A stretch of 64,000 nt of DNA. Source: a virus. This document shows, piece after piece, positions 16,484 through 24,998 of the stretch. The stretch lies in IMG/VR virus record IMGVR_UViG_3300025030_000005, positions 1 through 64,000 of that record; one strand, 5' to 3'. Every line of letters starts with the position of its first letter. The stretch's first letter is position 1. The position numbers and the translations under genes are program-made. A model generated the notes under the pieces. It was given only the letters and a program-made list of their open reading frames with translations. It did no database searches and was not told where the DNA came from.

Positions 16484-18076
16484 ATGTCATTAGAGCTTAT
16501 CAAAACCACTAAATCAGTCCTGAGCAACCACAGGTTGCCTTACGATTCAGTGGAGGCTATTGAGGCCACTATGAGAGAATCCAAGAAGAGGATAGACGGG
16601 CTTCTGCAGCTTTCTCCCGAAAACCTGTTCCGAGCCAAGATCGTCCTCGAAAAAACTGAGGAGCAGGTTCGTAAGGAGCGCCCGTATACCTGTGCCATCA
16701 TCAAGAAGATCCTCGTCGAAGCAGCAGCTGATGGCGCTCCGATCGACCCGAGCACCATATCCGTAACCAAAAACGCAGTTACGGTTAAGGGACAGGAGCA
16801 ACGGCTCTCCAAGGTGCTTTCCAAGCATCTTGTGGACAAGGAAGCATTGCTTGCACTCCCCATGAAGGAGCTTGGCATCACAAGGCCTGAGCAGTTCCTT
16901 CCCAAGCTGGGCGACATCGTGAAGTCGGGGAGGATCTTGTGGTTGTCTACCAACCTCCTCGACTTCCTCACTGCATCGGATAACGCGGCCTTCCGTTCCT
17001 GCCACTCCTTCGACGGGCAGCACTTCAACGGCAACATCGCGTATGCCCGTGACAAGATGACCATCATGACCTTCGTGTCTGACGCAAAGGCCACCACCGA
17101 AACCCACCAGATCCATAAGCTTGGTCGTAGCTGGCTGTTCCTTAGCAGCAGCAATGAGATCGTGCAGCCGAGGTCCTACGGGGCTTATGACAGTCATGAG
17201 CGAAAGACGGCCAAGGACTTCATCATCTCCAAGCTGGCTGAAAAGGAAGGAGTCAACCCAGGGGAGTACAAGGCTACTCGCAAGAGCTACACCAATCAGG
17301 ACTATAGCTTCGAGATGCCCGCAGATAAGACGAAAAATGGCATGTCCGGCTACTTCGACGCCGGAGATGTGGAAGTTGCCTACCTCTCCAAAAAAGTTTT
17401 CTCACTTCCCAAGCTGGAGTTCGCTGCGGCGGCCTGCCTAGTATGCGGAAAAACCACCGACTATCCCAACAAAGGGATCTGCAGCGAGCATGACGGCCGT
17501 GTGCGGTGGACGTGCACGACTTGCGGAGAGAAGCATCTGGCAGATAACTGCATCACCGTAAATGGTGAGCATTACTGCCAGAACTGCTACTCCAAGAAGT
17601 TCCAGCAATGCAACCACTGCCACGAGCATCACCTCAAAGAGGACCTTCAGGTTATCGACGGGCATCGTACCTGCAAGGCGTGCCTTAAAAAGCACTATAC
17701 CGAGTGCTCCCACTGCGGGAGCTTCCATCGCAAGGACAAGATGAATGTACTCGAAGGTATTAGCGGCCACATCTGCAATGCTTGTGTCGAACATTACCTG
17801 CTCTGCTCCATCTGCAACAAGTACCACGCAGCTGCAGAGGTAGTGTACCACACCTATGTCGGAAGGGTATGCCCCGGCTGCCTCCCGAATGTAGCGTTCA
17901 GGTGTAACGACTGCGGTGAGTACCACACTTTCGACAGCCGCATTAACATGGACGGTGCTGAAATATGCCCCGCATGTGACGCCAAGCGCAAGGGCAAGGT
18001 GCTGGAACTCAAAGCCAAGCCGAAGTACGCTGGTCTTCCTGAAGGGTGGGAAGATTTCGTGGAAGAAATCGGGTAA
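16484..18076 (+). CDS. hypothetical protein with C-terminal array of about 7 CxxC...CxxC zinc ribbons
   Basis: From CLVCGK (about aa 319) onward there are repeated CxxC pairs: CTTCG, CQNC, CNHC, CKAC, CSHCG, CNAC, CSIC, CPGC, CNDCG, CPAC. Confidence 0.75.
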   Translation: MSLELIKTTKSVLSNHRLPYDSVEAIEATMRESKKRIDGLLQLSPENLFRAKIVLEKTEEQVRKERPYTCAIIKKILVEAAADGAPIDPSTISVTKNAVTVKGQEQRLSKVLSKHLVDKEALLALPMKELGITRPEQFLPKLGDIVKSGRILWLSTNLLDFLTASDNAAFRSCHSFDGQHFNGNIAYARDKMTIMTFVSDAKATTETHQIHKLGRSWLFLSSSNEIVQPRSYGAYDSHERKTAKDFIISKLAEKEGVNPGEYKATRKSYTNQDYSFEMPADKTKNGMSGYFDAGDVEVAYLSKKVFSLPKLEFAAAACLVCGKTTDYPNKGICSEHDGRVRWTCTTCGEKHLADNCITVNGEHYCQNCYSKKFQQCNHCHEHHLKEDLQVIDGHRTCKACLKKHYTECSHCGSFHRKDKMNVLEGISGHICNACVEHYLLCSICNKYHAAAEVVYHTYVGRVCPGCLPNVAFRCNDCGEYHTFDSRINMDGAEICPACDAKRKGKVLELKAKPKYAGLPEGWEDFVEEIG

Positions 18077-18127
18077 TACCGACCTTCCCTTCTTATTCAA
18101 CCTAACCCATAACAAGGAGAACGACCT

Positions 18128-19414
18128 ATGAAAACAAGGATTGACGATCTACTGATCGCGTCTACGGACGAGGTTTTTGACCATTGCGTAAATGAGCTGC
18201 TGAGATACTACCCGCGCCCTGCTGGTGCGCCACCTACTGTGTTCGTTCACAAAGACGATTTCGTCTACGCCCCCGGCCATGGGTCCATCTGCTTGGTGTC
18301 TCACATCGACACCGTTAGGGATAGGCAGTCCAGCGGAGCGAGGTCTTCCGTGGATGCTGAGAAGCCTGTGGCATTGAGACAGAACCGAAACGTTCTCACC
18401 AACGCCAACGGCATACTCGGAGCAGACGACAGAGCAGGCGTATTTGCTTGCCTTGACCTCGTAAGGAGGGCATATCGCGACAAGCTGCCCATGCCGAGCG
18501 TGATGTTCTTCAACGGCGAGGAGAGTGGTGGACTCGGCGTAAAAGTGTTCCTGCGCACTGAAGCATTCAAGAGAGAAGATAAAGGGTGCACCAAGCTGTT
18601 CGTAGAGATGGACAGGCTCGGGGCTACGGAGTGGGTCACCTACGGAGCTACTCTTCCGCGCCCGGTCATCGACTACGTGGAAAGCTTCGGCTTCAAGTCA
18701 GGGCACGGCTCCTACTCCGACATAGCCGACTTGCAGGAGGAGTACCTCATTCCGTCTGTCAACCTCAGCATCGGCTACTACGGCCAGCACACTCAGAGCG
18801 AAAAGCTCCACCTCGACGAAATGCACATGACCATCAACAGGGTCTACAGCATGATGAAAGACCCCATCGCACAGCTCCACCCCGTAACAAAAAAGTGGTC
18901 GTATCAGGGAAAGTCCTACGATTACTCCAATTATGGAGGAAGCAAGTACAAGGACTCTGACTATGAAAGGACCAATGGTGGCCAAAAAAACGTAAGCGGA
19001 GGAAGGGGAAACGTAAGCGCTAGTGCCTCCATTCCTCCCGTCGGGGCCTCCAGCGAAGTCATAGACCTGGTTCTCAACCACATAACCTGGGGAGGTTACT
19101 GCAAGGCTTGCGGAGATGTCTTTGCAGACTGCACTTGCGGCAGTCTGTTGGCGCAACTGCTCAAGCACCTTGAGGATGATGAACTTACCTTCCTCATGGA
19201 CAACTACCTCACCAAGGAAGATCCGATGTACGAGATGCTGGAGGAATACATCAAAGCCGCAGACGCGGCAGGGAAAGTCTCCACCCTTCTGACTGCTCAG
19301 GAGGCAGCAGAGCAGGAGGCAGAAAAAAATAAAGAAGAAGATCCGACCAAAGATCCCTTCCATGTGGGCAAAGAGGGCGATCCCATCCCTGCTGACGTAG
19401 AGGACGACAAGTAA
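18128..19414 (+). CDS. M28/M20-like zinc peptidase domain fused to an unknown C-terminal region
   Basis: Metal-ligand motifs in order: SHIDTV, GADDRAGV, NGEESGGLG. C-terminal CKACGDVFADCTCG and an acidic tail. Confidence 0.55.
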   Translation: MKTRIDDLLIASTDEVFDHCVNELLRYYPRPAGAPPTVFVHKDDFVYAPGHGSICLVSHIDTVRDRQSSGARSSVDAEKPVALRQNRNVLTNANGILGADDRAGVFACLDLVRRAYRDKLPMPSVMFFNGEESGGLGVKVFLRTEAFKREDKGCTKLFVEMDRLGATEWVTYGATLPRPVIDYVESFGFKSGHGSYSDIADLQEEYLIPSVNLSIGYYGQHTQSEKLHLDEMHMTINRVYSMMKDPIAQLHPVTKKWSYQGKSYDYSNYGGSKYKDSDYERTNGGQKNVSGGRGNVSASASIPPVGASSEVIDLVLNHITWGGYCKACGDVFADCTCGSLLAQLLKHLEDDELTFLMDNYLTKEDPMYEMLEEYIKAADAAGKVSTLLTAQEAAEQEAEKNKEEDPTKDPFHVGKEGDPIPADVEDDK

Positions 19415-19432
19415 CTTCCGATGGTCGGAAGT
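19414..19432. repeat. conserved stem-loop element (ACTTCCGA-TGG-TCGGAAGT)
   Basis: Perfect 8-bp stem between stop TAA and SD aggagg. Confidence 0.85.
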
Positions 19433-19444
19433 AGGAGGTAAGGC

Positions 19445-20095
19445 ATGAGCCATAAAGATCTTCCAAAAGAGGTCAAAGAACATGCAGCCCGAGTGGCTAA
19501 ACTCTCTAGGCTTTCTGCTAGAGCCTTCGGAAAGGATGAGCGCAAAGCTTATTTAGCAGGGCTTTTTCACGATGAAGGTAAACAGTTCTTACCTCCTGAA
19601 CTTTTCGCTGGTGGAGAAATAACTGACGAGGAATACGAGCAGATAAAAACTCACGCAGTTAAAGGATATAAGGATCTAAAATCTCACATGGAGTTTAGTG
19701 GGCTTTGCGCCGGATTGCATCATAGAATGGGGTCGGGAGATGGTTATGGGGTAACCTTGGAGGATATCCCAGAAGACATCTCCTTCTCCAATCTAAAAAA
19801 GTTGTTGGATATAGCCACCATAGTGTCTATAGCTGACTTCATAGATGCATACAACACCAGAACTACATCTGTGCATTTACCTTCTCCCAAACGACCGTTA
19901 GTAGAATTACTGACAAACAAGTACCCAGCAGAGTCTGTTCTTATAAAGATAATGCTGGAGTTGGCCTCAGCGATGTATTCTAAAAGGAGACTAGACATGA
20001 AGATAGCTAAGATAACGGTGGTAGCCAAGGCAGGCTGTAAAGCTGGATGCAAGTGTACCAAGCCCTGCCACTGGAGTGTTACAACCAGAAAATAA
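19445..20095 (+). CDS. HD-domain phosphohydrolase, HD-GYP-like
   Basis: GLFHDEGK (HD motif) and GLHHRMGSGDGYGV, which resembles HHExxDGxGYP. Confidence 0.5.
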   Translation: MSHKDLPKEVKEHAARVAKLSRLSARAFGKDERKAYLAGLFHDEGKQFLPPELFAGGEITDEEYEQIKTHAVKGYKDLKSHMEFSGLCAGLHHRMGSGDGYGVTLEDIPEDISFSNLKKLLDIATIVSIADFIDAYNTRTTSVHLPSPKRPLVELLTNKYPAESVLIKIMLELASAMYSKRRLDMKIAKITVVAKAGCKAGCKCTKPCHWSVTTRK

Positions 20096-20120
20096 ACCTT
20101 TAACGAATAAGGAGAATCCC

Positions 20121-20978
20121 ATGACAACAAGGCTCGAAGAAACTAAGAAAGACAACGTGGTGCACGGTGTCTTCTCCAAAGAAGGAGAGTCCGACATACA
20201 GAAGTGCTACCGCGAAGGCAGGAGGGCAGAGCTTGCGCTTCTATTCAAGGAAGCTGCCAGTAATTACTTGGCTGCACATAACCTTTCTAAGAAGAAAGGT
20301 GAGTCTGCAGCCATTTTCTACAAGTGGTATTCTATGCGGTGCATGGAGTATGAAGAGATCTACAAGAGACTTCTTCGCAAGATACCTGCAGGCCACCGGT
20401 GCGGGATAAAGCTCAACGATGGCAGCATCATGGCTTCTTGGACTTGGGCTGACAGTGTATTACCTAAGGAAATAGTAAAGGCGTATACCGAGAAAGTTCC
20501 CAAAGCCTTTTACTACAATGTGGTGATATGGAATCACAACACCAAGATGATGCGTTTCGTTAAGACCGTGGATTATTACACCTCACTTGAACCCGCTATT
20601 CCGTGTGAATACCGCGTGGACGAGAAAGGTGTGGCTTACAAAGTGGCCTTCTCCGAAGATAAGGTTCTGTTGCATAAGTGGCTGCTGTCTCCTCCGCCCA
20701 CCAGCAGCATACAGGACTACTATACACAGGTAAGGAGGAGCATTCGGATAGAGTTCCTAAAGGTGCCTGACTTCATGTGCATGTCGGAATTTCCTACCAA
20801 GGAACATTGGGAAACCTACGTAGCTCCTGCTATCGGGAATAGAAACGTAGGGCCTTTAGCCAAGAAGTTTGCTGACTTCTTGGTAGGATCTATCAACAAG
20901 CCCAAGACCACTCTCGATACCCCTATCCCCAATGTTAAGGAGATTCCTGACTACTACCAAGACCACTGCTACGACTAA
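20121..20978 (+). CDS. hypothetical protein
   Basis: ATG 20121 behind SD aaggag (ORF-track start 20076 overlaps the previous gene). Confidence 0.6.
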   Translation: MTTRLEETKKDNVVHGVFSKEGESDIQKCYREGRRAELALLFKEAASNYLAAHNLSKKKGESAAIFYKWYSMRCMEYEEIYKRLLRKIPAGHRCGIKLNDGSIMASWTWADSVLPKEIVKAYTEKVPKAFYYNVVIWNHNTKMMRFVKTVDYYTSLEPAIPCEYRVDEKGVAYKVAFSEDKVLLHKWLLSPPPTSSIQDYYTQVRRSIRIEFLKVPDFMCMSEFPTKEHWETYVAPAIGNRNVGPLAKKFADFLVGSINKPKTTLDTPIPNVKEIPDYYQDHCYD

Positions 20979-20997
20979 CTTCCGATACATCGGAATT
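20978..20997. repeat. conserved stem-loop element (ACTTCCGA-TACA-TCGGAATT)
   Basis: 6-bp core, one mismatch, closing A-T. Lies between stop TAA and SD aaggggg. Confidence 0.75.
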
Positions 20998-21012
20998 ACT
21001 AAGGGGGATTAC

Positions 21013-21456
21013 ATGATTAGTTTTTACAGGACGGTAAACATATTGAAGCTGGTTAGGGATAAAATGAACAGTGAGGTTCTTTATTTTATCCTTAAGCACG
21101 TAGGCTTTACTGAGTTTACCTATGAAGTAGAAGTGACTCATTTTTCCCCCGAAGTTTCTTCCCTTATTCACAGCAAACCTGAAAATTGTCATGAAGGAGA
21201 AACCGAGGAACTGGAGTTTGAACCTTTTTACGATCAGCAGTACCTCGCTTTTACCTTGATGTCACAAATTAGTGGTGCAGTTTCTGTGTTACCTAGATCG
21301 CTCAGCAGATTTATATTAGGGTTTCTTATCAGTCACAGTGAAGATAATATCACTGATGCATTTATCGAAACTGAAGAAGAGTGGTTGAAAAGTGATGAAG
21401 CATATAAACAAGCCAAAGAAGCCGTGATGGATTATTTAAGTGACCCGGAGGTTTGA
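21013..21456 (+). CDS. hypothetical acidic protein
   Basis: ATG 21013 behind SD aaggggg. Confidence 0.55.
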   Translation: MISFYRTVNILKLVRDKMNSEVLYFILKHVGFTEFTYEVEVTHFSPEVSSLIHSKPENCHEGETEELEFEPFYDQQYLAFTLMSQISGAVSVLPRSLSRFILGFLISHSEDNITDAFIETEEEWLKSDEAYKQAKEAVMDYLSDPEV

Positions 21457-21458
21457 CA

Positions 21459-21776
21459 ATGAAACAACATTTAAAAGTAAGGGCTAAGCTGTCGTCTGAC
21501 CGTACTAAGGTACATGTTATTGCGGTTGAGCAAACTCACTTTGGTGGTAAGTTCGGCTCAGGCACTGTTCCAGGTACTTTTAGAGGGATAGGAGAATTCG
21601 TACATAATAATGTAGCTTTAAGGTCCGCCACAACTTGTGCGTTCTATCCTTCATATGGGCCTATGCGTTTATATTTCTCTAGCCTTAGCGGACCACCTAT
21701 AACAATACCAATAAAATATTGGGAAGAGATCAAGGAAGCTATCGAAGCCTACAATGAGTGGGGAGAAACCCAATGA
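21459..21776 (+). CDS. HIKxR-EQxH-YNEW family protein
   Basis: MKQHLKVRAKL..VHVIAVEQTHFGGKFG..WEEIKEAIEAYNEWGETQ. SD ggagg 7 nt upstream. Confidence 0.85.
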   Translation: MKQHLKVRAKLSSDRTKVHVIAVEQTHFGGKFGSGTVPGTFRGIGEFVHNNVALRSATTCAFYPSYGPMRLYFSSLSGPPITIPIKYWEEIKEAIEAYNEWGETQ

Positions 21777-22135
21777 AACATTTAAAAGTGAGAGCAGAGC
21801 TTTCTAAATGCAGAACTAAAGTAAAACTTACCATACTAGAACAGACGCATTTGTCAAGTGAATTTGGTAAATATGAACCTTGTGACACTATGTTCAAGGG
21901 CCATACTTACACTTTTAGGCACAAATCAGTAAGGATTATCAGTGAAGCCTCACCTTCGTACATAAATAGAGGACCGTATAGTACTGACAGAATGGTGTTA
22001 GGAGTAACCTCTTGGGTAAGGGTCAGAGGATGTGTTACAGCTAGAGATAGTGCAGTTGTAGATATTCCTATAAAAGAATGGCCGGGTATAAAAGAAGCTA
22101 TTGAAGCCTACAATGAATGGGGAGCTAACCAATGA
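21773..22135 (+). CDS. HIKxR-EQxH-YNEW family protein
   Basis: MKHLKVRAEL..VKLTILEQTHLSSEFG..WPGIKEAIEAYNEWGANQ. ATGA overlap. Confidence 0.85.
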   Translation: MKHLKVRAELSKCRTKVKLTILEQTHLSSEFGKYEPCDTMFKGHTYTFRHKSVRIISEASPSYINRGPYSTDRMVLGVTSWVRVRGCVTARDSAVVDIPIKEWPGIKEAIEAYNEWGANQ

Positions 22136-22422
22136 ACCATATAAAGATAAGAGGAAGGTTGATCAAACAGGGAGGACTTCAACGCGTTGAAGTCAATGTG
22201 GTAGAGTTCGTATATAACGTATGCTCAGAAGACTTCTATGTCTCTGTTATCTTGCCTAGCGGATACAACATAAAACAGGGAACCATATTTGGAGCCTGCA
22301 TTGGAGACGATACTTTATGGTTATGCCATGGAAAAGGAGACAAGTTCGTAGTTAAACTTGAAGAATGGGAACTTATAAAAATAATTGCTGAGGAGTTTAA
22401 CGCTCTTGATGGAGGGGTATAA
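22132..22422 (+). CDS. HIKxR-EQxH-YNEW family protein (most divergent member)
   Basis: MNHIKIRGRL..VEVNVVEFVYN..WELIKIIAEEFNAL. ATGA overlap. The EQxH core is lost. Confidence 0.65.
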   Translation: MNHIKIRGRLIKQGGLQRVEVNVVEFVYNVCSEDFYVSVILPSGYNIKQGTIFGACIGDDTLWLCHGKGDKFVVKLEEWELIKIIAEEFNALDGGV

Positions 22423-22423
22423 T

Positions 22424-22720
22424 ATGAAAAGAAGATTGCGACTGAAAGCAGTTCTAATACCTCCGGATAAGTGCTTAGTTAGTGTAGTAGAGCAAACTCA
22501 TTTTGATAAGGACTTTTCTGGTATTGGTAACATGTTTCAGAGCCGAAGAGGAAACTTAGCCGTAGCGTCACACGGCTCGTACATATCTGGATTTCCCAGA
22601 GATACCTTGTGGTTGTGTAGTACTCCTACCGACTTAGGTAGGTCCACCTTTATCATGGAAGCTAGTAAATTAGGGTATGTGAAATCTATAATAAAAGAAT
22701 ACAACGAATACTACAAATAA
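22424..22720 (+). CDS. HIKxR-EQxH-YNEW family protein
   Basis: MKRRLRLKAVL..CLVSVVEQTHFDKDFS..LGYVKSIIKEYNEYY. Start moved from 22385 to ATG 22424. Confidence 0.8.
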   Translation: MKRRLRLKAVLIPPDKCLVSVVEQTHFDKDFSGIGNMFQSRRGNLAVASHGSYISGFPRDTLWLCSTPTDLGRSTFIMEASKLGYVKSIIKEYNEYYK

Positions 22721-22728
22721 AAATATGC

Positions 22729-22798
22729 CTCCTGTGAATTTGTCCTTGACAAAAGTGAAATAGTGTGGTATAATACCTAACTTTCAAATTCACAGGAG
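22729..22798 (+). promoter_or_regulatory. consensus sigma70-type promoter bracketed by a 14-bp inverted repeat (candidate operator)
   Basis: TTGACA 22746-22751, 17-nt spacer, TGgTATAAT with TATAAT at 22769-22774. IR arms are CTCCTGTGAATTTG (22729-22742) and CAAATTCACAGGAG (22785-22798). Confidence 0.75.
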
Positions 22799-22804
22799 AG
22801 ACAA

Positions 22805-22987
22805 ATGAGCAAAAAACTAATCAGCCTAAACTTAAGCGATGGTGACCTTGAGCTGCTAGATGCCTTAGTAGAAATCTCTAAAACAAAATCGTTTACTCCG
22901 TCTAAAGTAAACCGTAGTACCGTAATCCGTGACCTCCTAGTTAATGCTATGAGAGAGATTAAAAAATCTGAACATCAAAGCAACTAG
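22805..22987 (+). CDS. ribbon-helix-helix (Arc/CopG-like) DNA-binding protein
   Basis: KLISLNLSDGDLELLDALVE...NRSTVIRDLLVNAMRE fits a beta-strand/helix/helix pattern. First gene after the promoter. Confidence 0.55.
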   Translation: MSKKLISLNLSDGDLELLDALVEISKTKSFTPSKVNRSTVIRDLLVNAMREIKKSEHQSN

Positions 22988-22997
22988 GAGGCAACCC

Positions 22998-23336
22998 ATG
23001 AACAAAACCGAAAACAACCCGAAAGAACTAGTACAAGTATCCTTCCCCGCGCCTCCCTCCTTTTCAGTAAAGACCTTTTGCGACTTGGTAGAACAAACCG
23101 GATACGTAAATCATAAGTACAACTATGATTTAGACCGCCTCAAGCAGTATATCCCAGAACTAAATAAGAGGTATTTGAATGACTGTGTGGCCAAGGCTAT
23201 TCTTGGGCATTGTTTCGGAGAGAAACTGGCCCGCGATTTCAGGGATTGGGTACGTTCGCAGATGGATGAGTCTCTTGAACTTCCTGATGGCGGTGCTTCA
23301 ATAGGTGCCGACGAGGAGGGGCTCCAGTGCGTGTAA
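22998..23336 (+). CDS. hypothetical protein
   Basis: SD aggagg, 112 aa. Confidence 0.55.
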   Translation: MNKTENNPKELVQVSFPAPPSFSVKTFCDLVEQTGYVNHKYNYDLDRLKQYIPELNKRYLNDCVAKAILGHCFGEKLARDFRDWVRSQMDESLELPDGGASIGADEEGLQCV

Positions 23337-23833
23337 CAGTAACCAAAATAACGGATGAAAAGCTGATGCAATTAGCTTGCAGCTTTACTATAAATAAAGA
23401 ATCAAAGATGCCTCTGGAAAGAATTTATCAGTGTAAGCACTCTCCCATTCGTGCATTAATATTTGTGGTGGAGATGTATGATATACCTACATTTGTTTCC
23501 GTGCACCTTACGCGCCATTCCCTTGGGGTTACTCACTATGTTAAATCCAACAGAGAAGACAGAATGGGATATTCTGGCGACCTTGGTAGAATGCAACCAG
23601 TAAACCACATGATGTTCATAAACGCCGAGGCTCTTATCAATATGGCTCATAAACGCCTGTGCAGTAAGACCCACAAGTTAACCACAGAAGTAATGCAGCT
23701 AATCAAAGAAGCAGTAGCTCAGGTAGACCCTGCGCTGGCTAAATATATGGTTCGCCAATGTGAGTACCTCAATGGTAGGTGCGATGAACTTAGGTGTTGC
23801 GGAAATATCTACGTACCCACTAAGGAGGTTTAA
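23327..23833 (+). CDS. ThyX-like (flavin-dependent thymidylate synthase fold), short and divergent
   Basis: HSPIRALIFVVEMYDIPTFVSVHLTRHSLGVTHYVKSNRED aligns by eye with the ThyX RHRxxSxxxxSxR region. The second Arg is missing and the protein is only 168 aa. GTG start behind SD gaggagggg. Confidence 0.45.
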   Translation: MRVTVTKITDEKLMQLACSFTINKESKMPLERIYQCKHSPIRALIFVVEMYDIPTFVSVHLTRHSLGVTHYVKSNREDRMGYSGDLGRMQPVNHMMFINAEALINMAHKRLCSKTHKLTTEVMQLIKEAVAQVDPALAKYMVRQCEYLNGRCDELRCCGNIYVPTKEV

Positions 23834-23834
23834 C

Positions 23835-24326
23835 ATGAAAAAGGCAAAAGCAGCAGCACCACGCCCGTTTTTTAAGAAAGGCTACTTTATTAAAATATAC
23901 AGCAACGAGTATGATGAGAAATACATAACCAAAGAGATTCAAGGCCTAGCCTTAGAGGACGTAGAGTTCTATAAAGAGTTGGCCCTTAAGTTTAGGTCAG
24001 AATACTACTTTCACGGACCTGCAAAAACACCAACTCTAGGAAACTCCGAGAGGGCTGACGTAGAGGTACTTGCGGCTGTAGTGGATGCTTTACTGGCACA
24101 CCCCAACATAACTGAGGAAACATTCAGAACATGGGATAATGCAGTTAAAAACGAATCCTCCGGCGATGGGGGCGGGTGGATACAAGAGAGGCTGTGTGCT
24201 TCTATTCTAGGGTACACTAATGATGAAGATGACGACGAGAGAGAAGCTGGAAAGTACTTCTACAGAGCTGTGCATAAAATTAACGTAGTTTATTTTGCTG
24301 AAGATTGCGGTGAAGTGATTATGTAA
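23835..24326 (+). CDS. hypothetical protein
   Basis: ATG 23835 behind SD taaggagg. Confidence 0.55.
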   Translation: MKKAKAAAPRPFFKKGYFIKIYSNEYDEKYITKEIQGLALEDVEFYKELALKFRSEYYFHGPAKTPTLGNSERADVEVLAAVVDALLAHPNITEETFRTWDNAVKNESSGDGGGWIQERLCASILGYTNDEDDDEREAGKYFYRAVHKINVVYFAEDCGEVIM

Positions 24327-24331
24327 ATAGT

Positions 24332-24351
24332 ACTTCCGATGTATCGGAAGT
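24332..24351. repeat. conserved stem-loop element (ACTTCCGA-TGTA-TCGGAAGT)
   Basis: Perfect 8-bp stem. SD agggagg lies 3 nt downstream. Confidence 0.85.
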
Positions 24352-24366
24352 TAAGGGAGGATGTCT

Positions 24367-24693
24367 ATGAAACAGCATATTAAGGTTAAGGCTGCTCTGG
24401 AAAAGAATAATAAATGGGTGGCAGTGCAGATTCTTGAGCAGAGCCATAGAGCTACGAAGTTTGGAAATAGCATATATGACAATATAGTTGGGGAATTTGT
24501 TTATAAGGATGCTATACTAAGATCTTGCGACTGTCCTGCATTTTACAGTTATGGTGCTGATAAAGGTGGGCAACTATACCTTAGAGGTAGGATGCCTGAT
24601 CAAGATGATCGTATAGTACGGCTGACGCTAAAGCAGTGGGCAGCAGTTAAAGAGGCCATTAAAGCGTACAACGAGTGGGGAGCCAGCTTATGA
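24367..24693 (+). CDS. HIKxR-EQxH-YNEW family protein
   Basis: MKQHIKVKAAL..VAVQILEQSHRATKFG..LYLRGRMPDQDD..WAAVKEAIKAYNEWGASL. Confidence 0.85.
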   Translation: MKQHIKVKAALEKNNKWVAVQILEQSHRATKFGNSIYDNIVGEFVYKDAILRSCDCPAFYSYGADKGGQLYLRGRMPDQDDRIVRLTLKQWAAVKEAIKAYNEWGASL

Positions 24694-24998
24694 AACAACA
24701 CATCAAGGTGAGAGCAATCTTATCTAGTAATAAAGAGTCAGTAGAGCTGGTAATACTTGAGCAGACTCATAGAGGTGATCTCTTTGGGAATGTACGTAAC
24801 CCTAGAGAAGGAACCTTCAAACATGAAGGGTACCGCCTTAAGTCATGCGAGTTTCCTGATAAATATGATTTTGGAGAGATCTATTTAAGAGGCCGTGAGA
24901 CTGCCAGTGATAATATACCTATAACTATCAGCATACAAGAATGGCCTATGCTAAAAGCCGCGCTTAAAGCATACAATGAGTGGGGAGAAAGCCAATGA
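24690..24998 (+). CDS. HIKxR-EQxH-YNEW family protein
   Basis: MKQHIKVRAIL..VELVILEQTHRGDLFG..IYLRGRETASDN..WPMLKAALKAYNEWGESQ. ATGA overlap. Confidence 0.85.
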   Translation: MKQHIKVRAILSSNKESVELVILEQTHRGDLFGNVRNPREGTFKHEGYRLKSCEFPDKYDFGEIYLRGRETASDNIPITISIQEWPMLKAALKAYNEWGESQ

